64,000 nt of DNA from Candidatus Pacearchaeota archaeon (lineage in GTDB: Archaea > Nanobdellota > Nanobdellia > Pacearchaeales > GW2011-AR1), in contig JAPLXZ010000010.1 of the NCBI GenBank assembly GCA_026395815.1, positions 6,659-70,658 of the forward strand. The letters run 5' to 3'. A program made the position numbers and the translations under genes. This document shows, piece by piece, positions 61,931-64,000 of this stretch. Position 1 is the stretch's first letter. The number at the start of each line of letters is the position of its first letter. The notes below the pieces were generated by a model, which saw nothing but the letters and a program-made list of their open reading frames with translations, had not been told where the DNA came from and did not search any database.

Positions 61931-63301
61931 ATGAAATTTTTATTCATAAGCAAACCTCTTTTTATGGAACCATTGGGAATAATGTATCTTTCTTCTACAA
62001 TAAAAAAAATGGGACATGAGACAGATTTAGCAATTACAACAGAAAATTTAGAAAGAAAAATGGAATCTTTCAATCCAGATTTTGTAGGGTATAGCATAAT
62101 TACAGGAGATCAGGATTTTTATAGCAAGATTAATAAAGATTTAAAATCAAAATTTAATTTTTTTTCAATTGCAGGAGGACCTCATCCTACTTTCTTCCCA
62201 GAATTTTTGGAAGATTCTTCTTTTGACGCAATTTGCATAGGAGAAGGGGAAAAAGCAATACAGCAATTTCTGGATAAACCTTTATCATTAGAAACGCCAA
62301 ATTTCTGGTTTAAAAAAGATAGAGAAATTATTGCCAAAAATCCAGTTCAATCGTTTATAAGTTCTTTAGATGATATTCCTTTTCCTGACAGAGAAATTAT
62401 TTCCAAATGCTTTCAAATTCAGGAAACACCAATAAGCCATTTTATTGCCTCAAGAGGTTGCCCATTTAATTGTTCATATTGCTTTAATGAACCATTTTCA
62501 GAGTTATATAAAGGAAAAGGAAAAAGAGTAAGATTTAGAACAGTCGACAATCTTTTAGAGGAAATAAAATCTGTTGTTGATGTTCATCCAACAAAACTCG
62601 TTTATTTCCAGGATGATACTTTCACCTTGAATAATGCCTGGTTAAATGAATTTACTGAAAAATATCCTCAAGCAACTAAATTACCTTTTCATTGTCATGT
62701 TAGAGCTAATACTTTAAATGAAGAAAAAGTTGAATCTCTTAGAAGAGCCGGATGTTATAGTGTTCATTTTGCTGCAGAAACAGGAAACGACGAATTAAGA
62801 AATCAAATTCTCAACAGGGGGATGAAGAAAGAACAGATTATCTCTGCAGCTGAATCCCTGAGAAAACAGGGAATAAAATATATTATGCAGAATATGATTG
62901 GTATTCCTGGTGGGAATTTAGAAAATGATTTGGAGACATTGGAATTAAATATTGCTTGTAAGCCGGATTATTCATGGGTTTCTATTTTTCAACCTTATCC
63001 CGGAACAAAATTAGGGGAATTATGCAAAGAGAAAGGATATTATACAGGGGATTTTAAGGACCTTGACAATAATTTTTTTGATTCAAGCAGATTAAATTTT
63101 TCTGAAGAATATAAATCCCAACTATCGCATTTACAGAGATTATTTGCAATTTTTGTAGAATATCCGGAGGTGTATCAACTTGGACTTTTATCTCCCATGA
63201 TTAATGCTCCGCAAGATGAAGAAACAAAAAAGATATATCAAAATGCATATAAAGAATTCAGAAAAAAAGGAGATGGGAGGGCTTATGGTTTTGATTTATA
63301 A
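61931..63301 (+). CDS. cobalamin-binding-domain radical SAM enzyme (class B type)
   Basis: rSAM cluster SRGCPFNCSYCFN, with SIAGGPHPTFFP and CIGEGEKAI. Confidence 0.85.
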   Translation: MKFLFISKPLFMEPLGIMYLSSTIKKMGHETDLAITTENLERKMESFNPDFVGYSIITGDQDFYSKINKDLKSKFNFFSIAGGPHPTFFPEFLEDSSFDAICIGEGEKAIQQFLDKPLSLETPNFWFKKDREIIAKNPVQSFISSLDDIPFPDREIISKCFQIQETPISHFIASRGCPFNCSYCFNEPFSELYKGKGKRVRFRTVDNLLEEIKSVVDVHPTKLVYFQDDTFTLNNAWLNEFTEKYPQATKLPFHCHVRANTLNEEKVESLRRAGCYSVHFAAETGNDELRNQILNRGMKKEQIISAAESLRKQGIKYIMQNMIGIPGGNLENDLETLELNIACKPDYSWVSIFQPYPGTKLGELCKEKGYYTGDFKDLDNNFFDSSRLNFSEEYKSQLSHLQRLFAIFVEYPEVYQLGLLSPMINAPQDEETKKIYQNAYKEFRKKGDGRAYGFDL

Positions 63302-63356
63302 TTTTAAGAAAAGATCCCATTCAACTTAGTTTAAATTTAAATTTCCTAGAATATAC

Positions 63357-64000
63357 ATGATTTCAATTGTGATTACTGCGTTTAAAGAATCGAAAACAAT
63401 TAGAATGGCAATTGAATCTTTTTTAAGCCAGAAAATTAATGAGAAATATGAACTAATTGTTTCTGCTCCAGATAAAGAAACACAGGAAATTGTTAAGAGA
63501 TACAAAAAAGTAAAGTTGTTCAAGGATTCTGGAAAAGGAAAAGCCCATGCTCTTAATTTAATCTTTAAAGATATTAAAAAAGGGATAATAATCCTAACTG
63601 ACGGAGACGTTTATGTATCTGAAAATTCAGTTAATGAACTTTTGAAAAAATTTGAAAATCTCGAGATTGGATGCGTAGCTGGAAGGCCTGTTCCAATAGA
63701 AGATAAAAGAACAAAATATGGCTATTGGGCAAATTTTCTTTTTGATTCTGCTCACAGACTAAGACAAAAATTGATTCAAGAAGGAAAATTTTTTCAATCT
63801 TCTGGTTATTTATACGCAATTAAAACTCAAATTGTTGCAGAAATTCCTTTAAATGTTGCAGATGACGCAATTATCCCCCATATGATTTCAAACAGGGGAT
63901 ATAAAATTGCTTATGCTGAAAAAGCACTGGTCTTTGTAAAGAATGTTAATAATTGGAAAGACTGGGTGAGTCAAAAAGTCAGAACGAGCAGAGCTCATGA
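63357..64000 (+). CDS. family 2 glycosyltransferase, 5' partial (continues beyond the window end)
   Basis: From ATG 63357 it reads MISIVITAFKESKTIRMAIESFLSQKINEKYELIVSAPD...LTDGDVYV...GCVAGRPVP...LNVADDAIIPHM. The frame stays open to the window end. Paralog of 22937..23800. It is absent from the track because it has no stop. Confidence 0.75.
   Translation, partial: MISIVITAFKESKTIRMAIESFLSQKINEKYELIVSAPDKETQEIVKRYKKVKLFKDSGKGKAHALNLIFKDIKKGIIILTDGDVYVSENSVNELLKKFENLEIGCVAGRPVPIEDKRTKYGYWANFLFDSAHRLRQKLIQEGKFFQSSGYLYAIKTQIVAEIPLNVADDAIIPHMISNRGYKIAYAEKALVFVKNVNNWKDWVSQKVRTSRAH

Noticed and set aside
9389-63301. The B12-type rSAM genes as membrane-lipid tailoring enzymes (GDGT ring/bridge synthase or lipid methylase-like).
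   Set aside because: No isoprenoid or lipid-synthesis genes are in the window, and the genes are consistently linked to NDP-sugar enzymes and glycosyltransferases. Sequence alone cannot exclude this for individual members.

Overview
The window is visibly AT-rich and looks archaeal, with a reduced-genome, DPANN-like flavour. The support is RNA polymerase subunit N/Rpo10, RNase P protein Rpp21, archaeal-order secF-secD, a stand-alone 5S rRNA, two tRNAs with long anticodon-loop introns, and TATA-like boxes about 25-30 nt upstream of gene starts with no obvious leaders. It has two parts. (1) Positions 1-4.9 kb are housekeeping: an ABC ATPase fragment, rpoN, rnp4, 5S rRNA, tRNA-Leu, a probable tRNA-Arg, tRNA-Gly, secF and secD. 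(2) Positions ~4.9-64 kb form one continuous accessory island for nucleotide-sugar synthesis, sugar tailoring, glycosyl transfer and export. By direct reading of CxxxCxxC motifs it holds 14 radical-SAM genes: 9 with cobalamin-binding-type N-terminal domains, 4 SPASM/twitch-like, and 1 full-length HemN-type. It also holds 4 sets of thiamine-diphosphate (TPP) enzymes, 7 SDR/epimerase-type genes, 2 sugar-kinase plus nucleotidyltransferase pairs, 2 NUDIX hydrolases, 3 methyltransferase-type genes, 1 aminotransferase, at least 7 glycosyltransferase-type genes and a Wzx-type flippase. Many gene types occur as diverged paralog pairs, including a twice-occurring rSAM-E1alpha-E1beta(+NUDIX) module. The island also contains two ~1,050-1,075 aa membrane-anchored surface proteins (LamG-type and a 7-blade FG-GAP propeller). 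Both are rich in N-x-S/T sequons and carry G homopolymer tracts, and a 50-codon RHH-like ORF follows them. I saw no CRISPR array, transposase, integrase or recognisable defence genes. All functional calls rest on motifs read by eye and carry no database confirmation.
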